A program made the translations under genes and the position numbers. Positions 51,901 to 64,000 of a DNA stretch of 64,000 nt are shown one piece after another. Position 1 is the stretch's first letter; every line of letters starts with the position of its first letter. The notes beneath the pieces are model-generated. The model was given only the letters and a program-made list of their open reading frames with translations, did no database searches and was not told where the DNA came from. The DNA is from Octopus sinensis (taxonomy: Eukaryota): contig NC_043002.1 of the NCBI RefSeq assembly GCF_006345805.1, forward strand, positions 868,001-932,000. Reading direction: 5' to 3'.

Positions 51901-52450
51901 ATTAGCAGGGTCTTTAAGCTTCCAGACCCTTCTTCTCCATGTTTGTCGTCTTCTAGTCGTCCTCTTAGTCCTGATCCTAAAGTCACTGACTACATTCTAT
52001 GTTGTGGGGTACATTCTTCGCCTGGGAAGGTTTTGGCATTCATAAGCAGCCATCTTTCCCTTTTTCTGGCAAGGATGTAGTCGATTTGGCTAGTATGCTG
52101 GCCTGAACGGTAGGTGACCAAGTGGCTTGTTGGTTTCCTGAAGTTAGTGTTGCAAACCATAAGACTATTCGCATCACAGAACTCCAGCAGCCTGGTTTCC
52201 CTCTTCGTGCGAGAACCATAACCATAGCCTCCATGAACGCCATAGAAGCCCTCAGCATATCGTCCAACATGCCCATTGAAGTCACCAGCCACAAAGAGAA
52301 GGTCCCTGTTGTTCGTAATGAGGTGGTCTGCAGTAGGGTGTCATAGAAACGGTCTTTCTGCCCATCGGGTAACCCTGGCTGAGGGGCATAGGCCGATATA
52401 ATAGTTGCTAAACTATGATGGAGCACTAATCTAATCTTCAATATTCTGTC
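48969..52450 (-). mobile_element. RTE-A LINE, EN to tail, with expanded 3' UTR array
   Basis: Minus-strand [36 protein letters not shown] insert, FRYLGDQ; many 1-nt indels; (ATC) tail at 48969. Confidence 0.9.
49110..49650. repeat. ~9-unit, ~61-bp tandem array in the LINE 3' UTR
   Basis: Recurring cggatggtgcttttacgtg(t/c)caccggcacggg...gctggcaa.cg..cacgaa. Confidence 0.9.
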
Positions 52451-52970
52451 ATATATATATATGTATATATGTATATGTATGTATATATATGTATATATAC
52501 ATATGTATGTATATATATGTATATATACATATGTATGTATATATATATATATGTATATATATATATGTATATATATATATATGTATATCTATATGTATAT
52601 GTATATGTATATATATATATATGTATATATATATGTATATGTATATATGTCATATGTATATATGTAATATATATTTTATATGTAATATGTATATGTATAT
52701 ATGTATATATATATGTGTATATATATATATATATATTGTATATGTATATATGTATATGTATATATGTATATATATATGTGTTATATATATATATATATAT
52801 ATAGTATATATGATATATTATATATATGTATATGTATATATGTATATGTATATGTGTATATGTATATATGTATAGTATATATGTGTATATGTATATATGT
52901 ATATGTATATAGTATATGTATATATATATATGTATATGTATATATATATATGTATATGTATATGTATATA

Positions 52971-53005
<35 letters not shown>

Positions 53006-53008
53006 ATG

Positions 53009-53039
<31 letters not shown>

Positions 53040-53176
53040 GTATATATGTATATGTATATATGTATATGTATATATGTATATGTATATATGTATATATGTA
53101 TATGTATATATGTATATGTATATATATGTGTATATGTATATATATATATGTATATATGTATATATATATATATATA
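52451..53176. repeat. ~0.7-kb (TA)/(TATG) microsatellite
   Basis: Directly visible. Confidence 0.95.
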
Positions 53177-53560
53177 CTAGCAGTATCGCCCGGCGTTGCT
53201 CGGGTTTGTAAGGGAAATAACTATATAAGCATTTTTAGAGAGTTATAGCCAAAAAATAGCAAAAAAAATGCATCAAAAATTGAAAAGAAATGATGGTAAA
53301 TTTTTTTTAAATCGTTGACTCATCGTAGACATTTTTAGAGAGTTACTTCCCTTATATAATTGCGAAAAAATGCATTAAAATAGAAAAAAAATGATGGTAG
53401 ATTATTTTTAAAATCGTAGACTCATCGTAGACACGCGCTAATACCCAGAAGGGCTCGATATGAATCACGACTATAAGATACCCACTTTTGGTTACACTGC
53501 ACCGCAAAATGTGGGAGTAGTTAGGAATCTAAATTGTAGGAGACTTTTTATATATAAAGA
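53177..53560 (-). mobile_element. Non-autonomous Helitron (384 bp)
   Basis: Minus strand a|TCTTTATATA ... CCCGAGCAACGCCGGG hairpin - CGATACTG - CTAG|t. 5' TC, 3' CTAG, subterminal hairpin, A/T insertion site with no TSD; internal ~100-bp tandem duplication. Confidence 0.82.
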
Positions 53561-53570
53561 TGTGTGTGTG

Positions 53571-53622
<52 letters not shown>

Positions 53623-53740
53623 ATATATATGTGTGTGATCAGACTGGGCCTGATGCAGCCTTCTGGCTTCACAGACCCCAGTTGAACCGTCCAACCCATG
53701 CTAGCATGGAAAGCGGATGCTAAATGATGATGATGATATA

Positions 53741-54578
53741 ATCAAAATCAAAACAAATCAAAATAGATGAACATCAATGGAATTTGTATCTTTGTGGTAC
53801 CAGTGCCGGTGACACAAGAAAACCATCCGAACGTGGCCGTAGCCAGTACCGCATCGACTGGCCTCCGTGCTGTGGGCACGTAACAAACACCATCCGATCG
53901 AGGCCGTTCGCCAGCCTCATCTGGCACCTGTGTCGGTGGCACATAAAAACACCTTCCGAAGACCCGACAAGACTAGTCAGGCCATAACCCGTGGCCCCTA
54001 CCTGGGACGTAGTCAGTCCACCTGTGCATACCTTCCTTCTTGTGACACTTGTGAAGACCTGTTGAGGCAAGTGAAAATCAAATCAAATCAAAGCAAATCA
54101 AAATAGATGAACATCAATGGAATTTGTATCTTTGTGGTACCAGTGCCGGTGGCACACAAGAAAACCATCCGAACGTGGCCGTAGCCAGTACCACATCGAC
54201 TGGCCTCCGTGCTGTGGGCACGTAACAAACACCATCCGATCGTGGCCGTTCGCCAGCCTCATCTGGGACCTGTGTCGGTGGCACATAAAAACACCATCCG
54301 AGCGTGGTCGTCTGGCACCTGTGTCGGTGGCACATAAAAAACACCATCCAAGCATGGCCGTTTGCCAGCCTCGTCTGGCACCTGTGTCGGTGGCATATAA
54401 AATCACCCACTACACTCTTGGAGTGGTTGGCGTTAGGAAGGGCATCCAGCTGTAGAAACACTGCCAGATCTGACTGGCCTGGTGCAGCCTTCGGGCTCCC
54501 CAGACCCCAGTTGAACCGTCCAACCCATGCTAGCATGGAAAGCGGACGTTAAATGATGATGATGATGACGATGATGAT
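53741..54578 (+). mobile_element. RTE-A 3' end with internal tandem duplication
   Basis: Block atcaaaatagatgaacatcaatgg...gtcggtggcacataaaaac occurs twice (about 53757 and 54097), then the terminus and (GAT)n. Confidence 0.85.
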
Positions 54579-54588
54579 ATATATGTAT

Positions 54589-56313
54589 GAGGTTGGGGTC
54601 CACCAGGGTTCAGTCCTCAGCCACCTCCTATTTATCATAGTCCTCCAGGCAATAACGGAGGAATTCAAGACAGGATGCCCCTGGGAGCTCCTCTATGCTG
54701 ATGACCTTGCTCTAATTGATGAGTCACTATCAGAACTAGAGGAGAAGCTTCAAGTGTGGAAACAAGGATTAGAATCGAAGGGCCTTAAAATCAACCCAAC
54801 TAAAACCAAAGTCCTAATAAGTAGGAAGGCAGGCAAATGACAAACACCTTCAGGTAGATGGCCCTGCTCGAGCTGTAGAAAAGGCGTTGGTAAGAACTCT
54901 ATAAGATGCACCAAGTGTAAGCTATGGACACATAAGAGGTGCAGCAATGTCAAAGGAAGGCTAACTAGGAAAATAGTTTTTGTATGTGGCAGATGCTCAG
55001 GAACAATAAACACTGAAAATGCGCAGAGACCAACTTCCGCCACATTCCAGGGTGAAAAACTAGACGTAGTTGATAGCTTCAGTTACCTAGGTAACCAAGT
55101 CAGTAGTGGGGGCGGGTGTGCTGAAAGTGTAGCTGCTAGAATAAGAATAACTTGGGCAAAGTTCAGAGAGCTCTTACCTCTGCTGGTGACAAAGGGCCTC
55201 TTGCTCAGAGTAAAAGGTAGACTGTATGACACATATGTACGAACAGCCATGCTACACGGCAGTGAAACATGGGCTGTGACTGCTGAGGATTTGCATAAGC
55301 TTGCAAGGAATGAAGCCAGTATGATCCGATGGATGTGTAATGTCAGTGTGCATACTTGAGAGAGTGTAAGTACCTTGAGAGAAAAGTTGGATTTAAGAAG
55401 CATTAGATATGGTGTGCAAGAGAAATGACTGCACTGGTATGGTCATGTGGCAAGAATGGATGAGGATAGCTGTGTGAAAAAGTGCCACACCTAGCAGTTG
55501 AGGGAACCTGTGCAAGAGGTAGACCCAGGAAGACCTGGGATGAAGTGGTGAAGCACGGCCTTCGAACATTAGGCCTCACCAAGGAAATGACTAGCGACCG
55601 AGACTTTTGGAAATACGCTGTGCTTGAGAAGACCCGGCAAGCCAAATGAGACCATAACCTGTGGCCTATGCCAGGAGCGTAACCAGCCCGCTTATGCGTA
55701 CCTTTCCTTCTTTGGTCACTAAACTCTGCTTGCGAAGACCTGTTGAGGCAAGTGAAATCGAAATCAAATTAGATGACTGGCATCTGTGCTAGCGGGGTGC
55801 AAAGAACACCATACGAGTGTGATCGTTGACAGAGCGGCTATTCGAGTATGATCGTTACCAGCGTCGCCTTACTGGCACTCATGCCTGTGCTAGTAGGGTG
55901 CCAAGAGCACCATCCGAGCATGATCATTGCCAGAGCAGCCAACTGGCTTCCGTACCCCACCATCCGAGTGTGATCATTGCCAGAGTGTGATCGTGCTGTG
56001 GCACATACAAGGGCACCATTCGAGCGTGATCGTTACCAATGTCACTTGATTGGCACCTGTGCCGGTGACATGTGTAAAAGATTTGAGCGAGGTCACTCTC
56101 CAGCACCGCCTGACTGGCCCCTGTGCTGGTGGCATATAAAAAGCACCCTCTACACTCTCGGAGTGGTTGGCGTTAGGAAGGGCATCCAGCTATAGAAATT
56201 CTGCCAAATCAAGACTGGAGCCTGATGCAGCCATCTGGTTCGCCAGCCCTCAGTCAAAATTGTCCAATCCATGCTAGCATGGAAAGCGGACATTAAACGA
56301 TGATGATGTTGAT
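54589..56313 (+). mobile_element. 5'-truncated RTE-A LINE (RT motif 4 to tail)
   Basis: EVGVHQGSVLS, LLYADDL, PHD insert, several stops, multi-unit 3' UTR, tail. Confidence 0.9.
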
Positions 56314-56344
56314 ATATATATATATATATATCATCATCATCATC

Positions 56345-56391
<47 letters not shown>

Positions 56392-56403
56392 GTGCTGTGC
56401 TGT

Positions 56404-57320
56404 GTGCTGTGCGCGAGAAGACCCGGCAGGACAAGTGAGTCCACAACCCGTGCCTTCTACATGGGATGGAGCCAGCCTACGTATGCATACCTTCCCTTCT
56501 TGGGACACAAAACTCTACTTGTGAAGACGTGTTGAGGCAAGTGAGGATCAGAATCGAAATCGATCAATGGAAATTGCGGATGTGCTACCAGTGCCGTGGC
56601 ATGTCGAAACTCTGCTTGTGAAGACCCATTGAGGCAAGTGAGGATCAGATCGAAATCGATCAATGGAAATCGATCAATGGAAATTGCAGATGTGTTACCA
56701 GTGCCGTGGCATGTAAGAGAACTTTCCGTTTCGCGACCGTTGCCAGCACCGCCCCGTTTCGTGTCCGTTGCCAGCCTCGCCTGGCCCTCATGCCGGTGGC
56801 ACATAAAAAGCACCATCCGTTCGTGGCCGTTTGCCAGCTCTGTCTGGCACCAGTGCGGGTGGCACGTAAAGCACCCACTACACTCACGGAGTGGTTGGCG
56901 TTAGGAAGGGCATCCAGCCGAGAAAACAACTGCCCTGAGATTTCGGACATGGGCCTGATGGATGGGGCCTTCTGAGCCTTCTGCTTCACAGACCCCAGTA
57001 GAACCGTCCAACATGCTAGCATGGAAAACGGACGCTAAATGATGATGATGATGATGATATATGTGTATCATCATCATCATCATCATCATCATCGTTTAAC
57101 GTCCGCTTTCCGCGCTAGCACGGGTTGGACGGTTTGACCGGGTCTGGGAAATCAGGGGCCGCACCAGGCTCCAGTCTGAATCTGGTTTCTACGGCTGGAT
57201 GCCCTTCCTAACGCCAACCACTCTGTGAGTGGATTGGGTGCTTTTTACGTGCCACCTGCACAGGGGACGGAGGGTCCGGCATCGTCACGATCGGTTCGGG
57301 CATTTTAACGTGTCAGCGGC
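56404..57320. mobile_element. Young RTE-A 3' end (+, 56404-57058) tail-to-tail with another 3' end (-, 57067-57320)
   Basis: First copy near-identical to 47185-47829; junction (gat)n-atatgtgt-(atc)n. Confidence 0.85.
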
Positions 57321-57324
57321 AGTG

Positions 57325-57342
57325 TGTGTATATATATATATA

Positions 57343-57397
<55 letters not shown>

Positions 57398-57747
57398 ATA
57401 TATATATATGTGTGTGTGTGTGTATATATATATATGTGTGTGTGTATATATATATATATGTGTCTGTGTATATATATATATATGTGTGTGTGTATATATA
57501 TATATGTGTGTGTGTATATATATATATGTGTGTGTGTATATATTATATATGTGCGTGTGTATATATATATGTGTGTGTATATATATATATGTGTGTGTGT
57601 ATATATATATATGTGTGTATATATATATATGTGTGTATATATATATGTGTGTGTGTGTATATATATATATGTGTGTGTATATATATATATGTGTGTGTGT
57701 ATATATATATATATGTGTGTGTGTATACATATATATATGTGTGTGTG

Positions 57748-57825
<78 letters not shown>
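57325..57825. repeat. Compound (TA)n(TG)n microsatellite
   Basis: Directly visible. Confidence 0.95.
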
Positions 57826-58399
57826 TGGCTTCCGTGCCAGTGGCACATAAAATACACCAATCTGACCGTGGCCGTTGCCAGCCTCGCCTGGCACCTGTGC
57901 AAGTGGCACGTAAAAAGCACCCACTACACTCACGGAGTGGTTGGCGTTAGGAAGGGCATCCAGCTGTAGAAACATTGCCAGATTAGACTGGAGCCTGGTG
58001 CAGCCTTCTGGCTTCCCAGAACCCCGGTCGAACCGTCCAACCCATGCTAGCATGGAGAACGGACGTTAAACGATGATGATGATGATGATATATATATATA
58101 TGTGTGTGTGTGTATAGATATATATATATATATGTGTGTGTATATATATGTGTATACATATATATACGTATATATATATGTGTAGAGATATGTACTCAAA
58201 AATTCTACACTCAGTCCTAAAAAAATATTGGAATGGATCATGTAAAGTCAAAAAAATTTTGATTGGTTAAAAAATAGCTAGCATTCCTGTGTAATTAAAT
58301 TTAAAAACTAAAAGAAAAAAATCCTTATATCGATATAAGTAAAGATAAAATTACTTAAGGGGTGTATGTATAAATATATATGTATATGTATTCTCTTAT

Positions 58400-58713
58400 T
58401 CTAGCCAACCAATTGGACTTATTTTTTGTAAGCCTAGTATTTATTCTATTAGTCTCTTTTGCTGATCTGCTAAGTTACGGGGACATAAACACACCAACAT
58501 CGGTTGTCAAGCGGTGGTTGGACAAACACAGACACACACACACACAAATATACAATGGGCTTTTTCAGTTTCCGTCTACCGAATCCACTCACAAGGCTTT
58601 GGTCAGCCCAAGGCTATAGTAGAAGACACTTTCCCAAGCTGCCATGCAGTGGGACTGAACCGAGAAGCATGTGGTTGGGAAGCAAGCTTCTTACCACATA
58701 GCTACGCCTGTGC
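58400..58713 (-). mobile_element. CORE-type SINE
   Basis: Reverse complement of the 42796 SINE (head, CORE, central CA tract, 3' half). Confidence 0.8.
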
Positions 58714-58714
58714 C

Positions 58715-58747
<33 letters not shown>

Positions 58748-59120
58748 AGCCAACTGGCTTCCGTGCCAGTGCAACATAAAAGGGCACCATTCGAGCGTGA
58801 TCATTACCAAAGTCGCCTTACTGGCATCTGTGCTGGTAACATGTGTAAAAGGATTCGAGCGAGGTAGTACCACCTGACTAGCCCTGTGGTGGTGGCATGT
58901 AAAAAGCACCCACTACACTCTCGGAGTGGTTGGCATTAGGAAGGGCATCCAGCTATAGAAATTCTGCCAAATCAAGACTGGAGCCTGATGCAGCCATCTG
59001 GCTCGCCAGCCCTTAGTCAAAATCGTCCAACCCATGCTAGCATGGAAAGCGGACATTAAATGATGATGATGATGATGATATATATATATATATATATTTA
59101 TATATATGTATATATATATA

Positions 59121-59441
59121 TTAATAATATATTATTATTAATATTAGGACATCAATATCAGAAAATTCCTCAGAAAGATATACAACGTGTGAAAAATAAT
59201 TATTGTATTAAAAGTATAGAAATAAATAAATATAAATACGTATAAAAATATATGTAACTATGTATAAATATAATACTTTATTATATATAACAATATTATA
59301 CTTATACATATTTACATATATTTTTATACATATTTATATTTATTTATATATCTTAATGCAACAAATATTTTTCACACGTGTATATCTTTCTGAGGTGTTT
59401 TCTGATATTGATGTCCTAATATTAATGATAATATATTATTA
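59121..59441. repeat. ~320-bp imperfect AT-rich hairpin
   Basis: atattaggacatcaatatcagaaaa..cctcagaaagatatac.acgtgtgaaaaata versus tatttttcacacgtgtatatctttctgagg..ttttctgatattgatgtcctaatat; centre ttatatataa at 59281-59290. Confidence 0.85.
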
Positions 59442-59588
59442 AAAAATATATATATATATAATCGCTCATATTACATATATAAATACTTTAATAGTATTAA
59501 TACTTTGATACAATGGAGCACCCAATATAAGTTCAGTATTTAATATTCTCATTGAATATATTTAACTACAGATTTATGTATATAATAT

Positions 59589-59622
<34 letters not shown>

Positions 59623-59655
59623 ATTTATTAGTAGTTAGTGACTTCACCACAACAT

Positions 59656-61538
59656 AGATTAGCAGATCAGGGCTAAATGGATGCTCAGAAGATGACCAGC
59701 ATGGAAAAGAAGGGTGTGGAAGCTTATGGATCCTGCGAATGGACAGAAATTTAGAGATGTGTTACTTGAAGCTTTTGATGAAATAGAGGGGGATATAAGT
59801 ATCACATGATGTGGAAGACAACTGGAGGTTTTTATGGGACAACCTGTTGTGGGCTACTGACCAGATCTGTGGACTGTGCAAAGTCCCCTCTCGACCCAAG
59901 GTAACGTGGTGGTGCAACAATGTAGTTGACAGGGCCATTAGGGAAAAGAAACGGGCATGGAAGGACTGGAAGAATGGTGGTAGCAGGGAAGTGTATCAGA
60001 CTGCCAGAGGGGAAGCTAGGAGATGGGTTTATTTAGCCAGAGTGGAAGCAGATTAGAAAAAATTTGTCAATGTTCTGCACTGTGAGGATCAAAGGCTTGA
60101 GGTATTTCATGTTGCAAGACAGTGTGAGAAAGAATTGTGTGATGTAATAGGAGAGAAATGTGTCCTTAAGTAATGAAGGTCACGGAGATAGTCATAGCCC
60201 AACTAATTAGGGAGAGAGTTAGTTTCGACAAGATGCAGTTCAGGTTTGTGTCAGGGAGAAGCACCACTGATGCTATATTTCTGGTAAGACAGCTGCAGGA
60301 GAAATACATAGCCAAAGATAAACCTCTGTACTTGGCTTTCGATGTCATGGAGAAAGCTATTGACAGGGCCCCCCGATTCCTTATCTGGTGGTCAATGAGG
60401 AAACTAGGGATAGATGAATAGTTAGTGAGAGCTGTGCAAGCCATGTACAGGGACGCTATAAGTAAGGTAAGGGTTGGCAATGAGTACAGTGAAGAATCCC
60501 AGGTAGGGGTCCACCAAAGATCACAGCCCTCCAAGCAATAACACAGGATGCCCCTGGGAGCTTCTCTATGCTGATGATCTTAGTCTAATTAGCTGAGTCA
60601 CTATCAGAACTAGAGAAGTTTTAGGTGTGGAAACAAGGTCTAGAATGGAAAGGGCCTTAGAGTCAACCTACCAAAAACCAAAGTCTTAATAAGTAGAGGG
60701 CTGACAAACCACAAATCCCTTCAGGTACATGGTCCTGCTTGATCTGTAGAAAAGGCATTGGTACAGACGCCATAAGATGTACCCTGTGTAAGCTATGGAC
60801 ACATAAGAGGTGCAGCAATATCAAAGGAAGTTTAACTGGGAAGATAGTTTTTGTATGTGGCAAATGCTCAGGAGCAATAAAGACTGAAAATGTGCAGAAA
60901 ACAGCTTCTGTCACATTCCAGGGAAAAAAAACTACAAGCAGTTGATAGCTTCCGTTACCTAGGTGACCAAGTCAGTAGCAGGGATGGATGCTCTGAAAGA
61001 GTAGCTGCTAGAATAAGAATTGCCTGGTCAAAGTTCAGAGAGCTCCTACATCTGCATAACCAGCTCATTTAAAAGTACCCTTCAATCATTGGGCAATAAA
61101 CTGCGCTTGTGAAGACCTGTTGAGGCAAGTGAAATCATTGTCTTGGCTGATGACAGTACCACCTGATTGGTCCCATGCCAGTGGCATGTTAAAAGCACCA
61201 TTCGAGCGTGATTGCTGCCAGTGTCACCTAACTGGCTCCTGTGCTGGTGGCACATAAAAAACACCATTTGAGCTTGGCCATTGCCAGTGGCACATAAAAC
61301 GCACCATTTGAGCATGGTCAATGCCAGTTCTATCTGACTGGCCCTTGTGCCGGTGGCCCATAAAAAGCACCCACTACACTTTCAGAGTGGTTGGCGTAAG
61401 GAAGGGCATCCAGCTGTAGAAACTTTGCCAGATCAGATTGGAACTTGGTGCAGCCTTCTGGCTCACCAGCCCTCAGTCAAATCGTCCAAGCCATGCCAGC
61501 CTGGAAAACAGATGTTAAATGACGATGATGATGATGAT
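59656..61538 (+). mobile_element. Older internally deleted RTE-A LINE
   Basis: WKRRVWKL.., MEKAIDRAP, LLYADDL, PHD insert CLIC..CTLC..HKRC..CGKC, several deletions, tail. Confidence 0.85.
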
Positions 61539-61609
61539 ATATATGTGTATGTGTGTGTGTGTGTGTGTGTGTATACAAATATTGTAGTTTAAAGGCATGA
61601 AAATAGAGT

Positions 61610-63400
61610 TGCTCTGACCTTGAGTTGCAATTGGGAACCATGTCCAGATCTTTTAGTTGTTGTCATGTGTTGACCCTACTGATCCCTCATCAGCCAGAAT
61701 TATTGCCCACGATTGCTAACTGCACAACTGACCTCACCCTTAGTCATCCAAAGAAAGAGACCGACTTGCCATGTCGCTCGCTGATGTGACATTATCTTGT
61801 CCTTTTCTGGTTCTCTGGTAGCATGTCTCTTTCTCTCTTCGAGTCACTCACCTGCACAGACGTAACATCTTCCACCTGGCTGTTACAGCATCATGCTTGG
61901 GTGTTTCTTTTTGTACCGGAATATGACCCTTTGTGGGACAGGCTCTTTGGCTTACCCTTACCCTGAGCGACATGTTGTACCAGAAGACTGCCTCCATCAG
62001 AGAGATTCATCCCCTCTCAGCAATGGCTTTAATTGCACATTGATACTGTTCCACAATCCCTTTTCCACCTGGCCAGTATACATATCTCTGAAGAAGTGTC
62101 TTGTGCTCCACCTTTTGAACATCTCCCTCAGCTGTTCTGAGCAGAACACCCTGCTGTTGTCCATCAATAGCTCATCTACAGGATCCCTTTCAAGAACACT
62201 GCATTCAGCACTTCTGCAATTTCAGCATCAGTCTTCATCCTGATTTTCATCCATATAGCCATTTATCCCAGTCCACAGTCAAACATTTCCTGATAGTGTG
62301 TCATGTCATTGGCTTCCCCTCTTCCAGTCTTCCTCTGTCTGAATCCTTCCTGTTTTGTGCATGCTCAGAGCAGAATCGATGGATTGGCACCTGTTGCAAC
62401 TCCCCACTATCCTCCAAGTGCTCTCCCTGGTGACATTCAGGTTGATTGTCCTTGCCAAAAATGTCCTGTCAACCACCATGTAGTGCATGTTGTGAAGTCT
62501 CTTTAGTTCTGTGCCCTCTGGCTGACAAACTGCTGCTAACCCACTTGGAACATACTCTGCTGTTTCCAACCAGTGCTTTTTCACTCCGGTTAGAACGTCT
62601 GCTTTATTCCTTTCTGAGGGCATGCAATTCCAGGCCAAACTTGGCAGCTAGCTCCTTCAGGATTCCTAGGTTATGATTAGCACTATTTCTGCAGCCTCTT
62701 TCATGTGAATCCCCTTCTGGTTGGTGATCACTGATTCCACCAACCCCCACACTGTGGCGGAATCAGTCTGAACCTTGACAATTCGCAGTCCTCATCTCAG
62801 CGCTAGGTTCATGCCCTTTAACATGGCATCCAGTTCGGCTATGTTGATGTAGTTGTAGTCATCCTTCTTCCTAATCCACATTGTGTCTTCCACCTCAACA
62901 CCCATTTCCAGAATGACTCCCAATGCTATGCTGCTTGCATCATACCACACAATCTTTTCTTTTGTATCAAGCATGTACCGGCTGCCCTCCACTGGATCTT
63001 TCCCTCGCACTCCATCCAAGGTCTCTCACATCATCACCATCGTCATCTCTCCCATTTTATTACTCCAGTTTGCTCCTTCTGCTCACCTTTTGACATAGCT
63101 ACATGCTGCTTGGAGCCATCCTGTTACTGGACAATCCATCACGCCTACAACCTTCTTCCTCTGCTCCACACTCCTCGCATGCAGCACACCAGTCACCAAA
63201 CTTCACTCCTGCTCCACCAATGGTCACACCACCCAATCATGAGATCATGTCCATTCTGACCACTATGTCGATGCCATCTTCTGCCTCTTCCACTACAATC
63301 ACATGCAACCTCAACATGAAGCCCTGTATCTCCAGTTCCACATTGCTGATGCCCTACTTTTGAATTTTCTGCCATCTACTACACTGAACCTGGTATTTCC
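61610..63400 (-). mobile_element. Gypsy-type LTR retrotransposon pol remnant (RNase H - integrase)
   Basis: Minus strand VWYDASSIALGV..INIAELDA (RNase H), NKADVLT, LHNMHYMVVDRT..CNRCQSID (HHCC), DCG/LMDN/GIVE (DDE). RH-before-IN order; most of RT absent; no LTRs seen. Confidence 0.75.
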
Positions 63401-63517
63401 TCTCCAGCTCTCAACCATTCTCGCACTTACGAGGATGGCCGTACAACCCATATCTATGAGGTCTTGTGTATATGTATATGTATGTATGTATTATGTATGT
63501 ATGTATGTATGTATGTG

Positions 63518-63562
<45 letters not shown>

Positions 63563-63579
63563 AATGAATGAATGAACCT

Positions 63580-63898
63580 CTACTTGTGAAGACCTGTTGA
63601 GGCAAGTGAAAATCGAAATCGATCAACATCAATGGAAATTGCAGCTGTGATACCAGTGCCGGTGGTACGTAAGAGAACCATCCGTTGCCAGCCTCGCCTG
63701 GCACCTGTGCCGGTGGCACGTAAAAAGCACCCACTACACTCACGGAGTGGTTGGCGTTAGGAAGGGCATCCAGCTGTAGAAACACTGCCAGTTTTGACTG
63801 GGCCTGGTGCAGCCTTCTGGCTTCCCAGACCCCAGTTGAACCGTCCAACCCATGCTAGCATGGGAAGCGGACGCTAAACGATGATGATGATGATGATA
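63580..63898 (+). mobile_element. RTE-A LINE 3' end
   Basis: cttgtgaagacctgttgaggcaagtg .. ccatgctagcatgg .. (gat)n, followed by TA/TATG repeats. Confidence 0.88.
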
Positions 63899-64000
63899 TA
63901 TGTATGTATGTATGTATGTATATATATATAAATATATGTATGTATATATATATGTATGTATGTATGTATATATATATATGTATGTATGTATGTATATATA

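Noticed and set aside
16117-64000. Further constitutive WDR37 exons (acidic linker, GH..VVI..DW repeat)
   Set aside because: No matching segment was found by eye; they probably lie beyond the window. A tBLASTn would settle it.

Overview
Eukaryotic, AT- and microsatellite-rich genomic DNA. The repeat families look like those of an Octopus (cephalopod) genome; this is recognised by eye, not database-verified. The only host gene I can support is WDR37 on the + strand. It has three internal coding exons (503-619, 1970-2155, 15932-16116) with GT-AG, phase-consistent introns of 1,350 and 13,776 bp. A very long intron then runs past the window end and may contain two phase-0 microexons (31914-31943, 33143-33181). 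Most of the rest is transposon-derived. The dominant family is an RTE-clade LINE with (GAT)n tails, a PHD-like finger inserted inside its RT and a variable ~61-bp tandem array in its 3' UTR. Also present: a near-intact BovB-like RTE (38.8-42.7 kb), an RTE 3' end with three C2H2 fingers, a CR1-type 3' end, a Gypsy pol remnant, two mariners, a Tc1, a Tigger fragment, a non-autonomous Helitron, and several tRNA-derived SINEs. Structure not explained by these features includes four fold-back hairpins, two minimal hammerhead-ribozyme-like motifs (one at the centre of a 1.5-kb palindrome), and inverted LINE pairs able to form long dsRNA in the pre-mRNA. Most ORFs in the supplied track are microsatellite or antisense-LINE artefacts. 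Homopolymer-type indels around 45-57 kb suggest residual long-read error. No CRISPR, rRNA or true tRNA gene was found.
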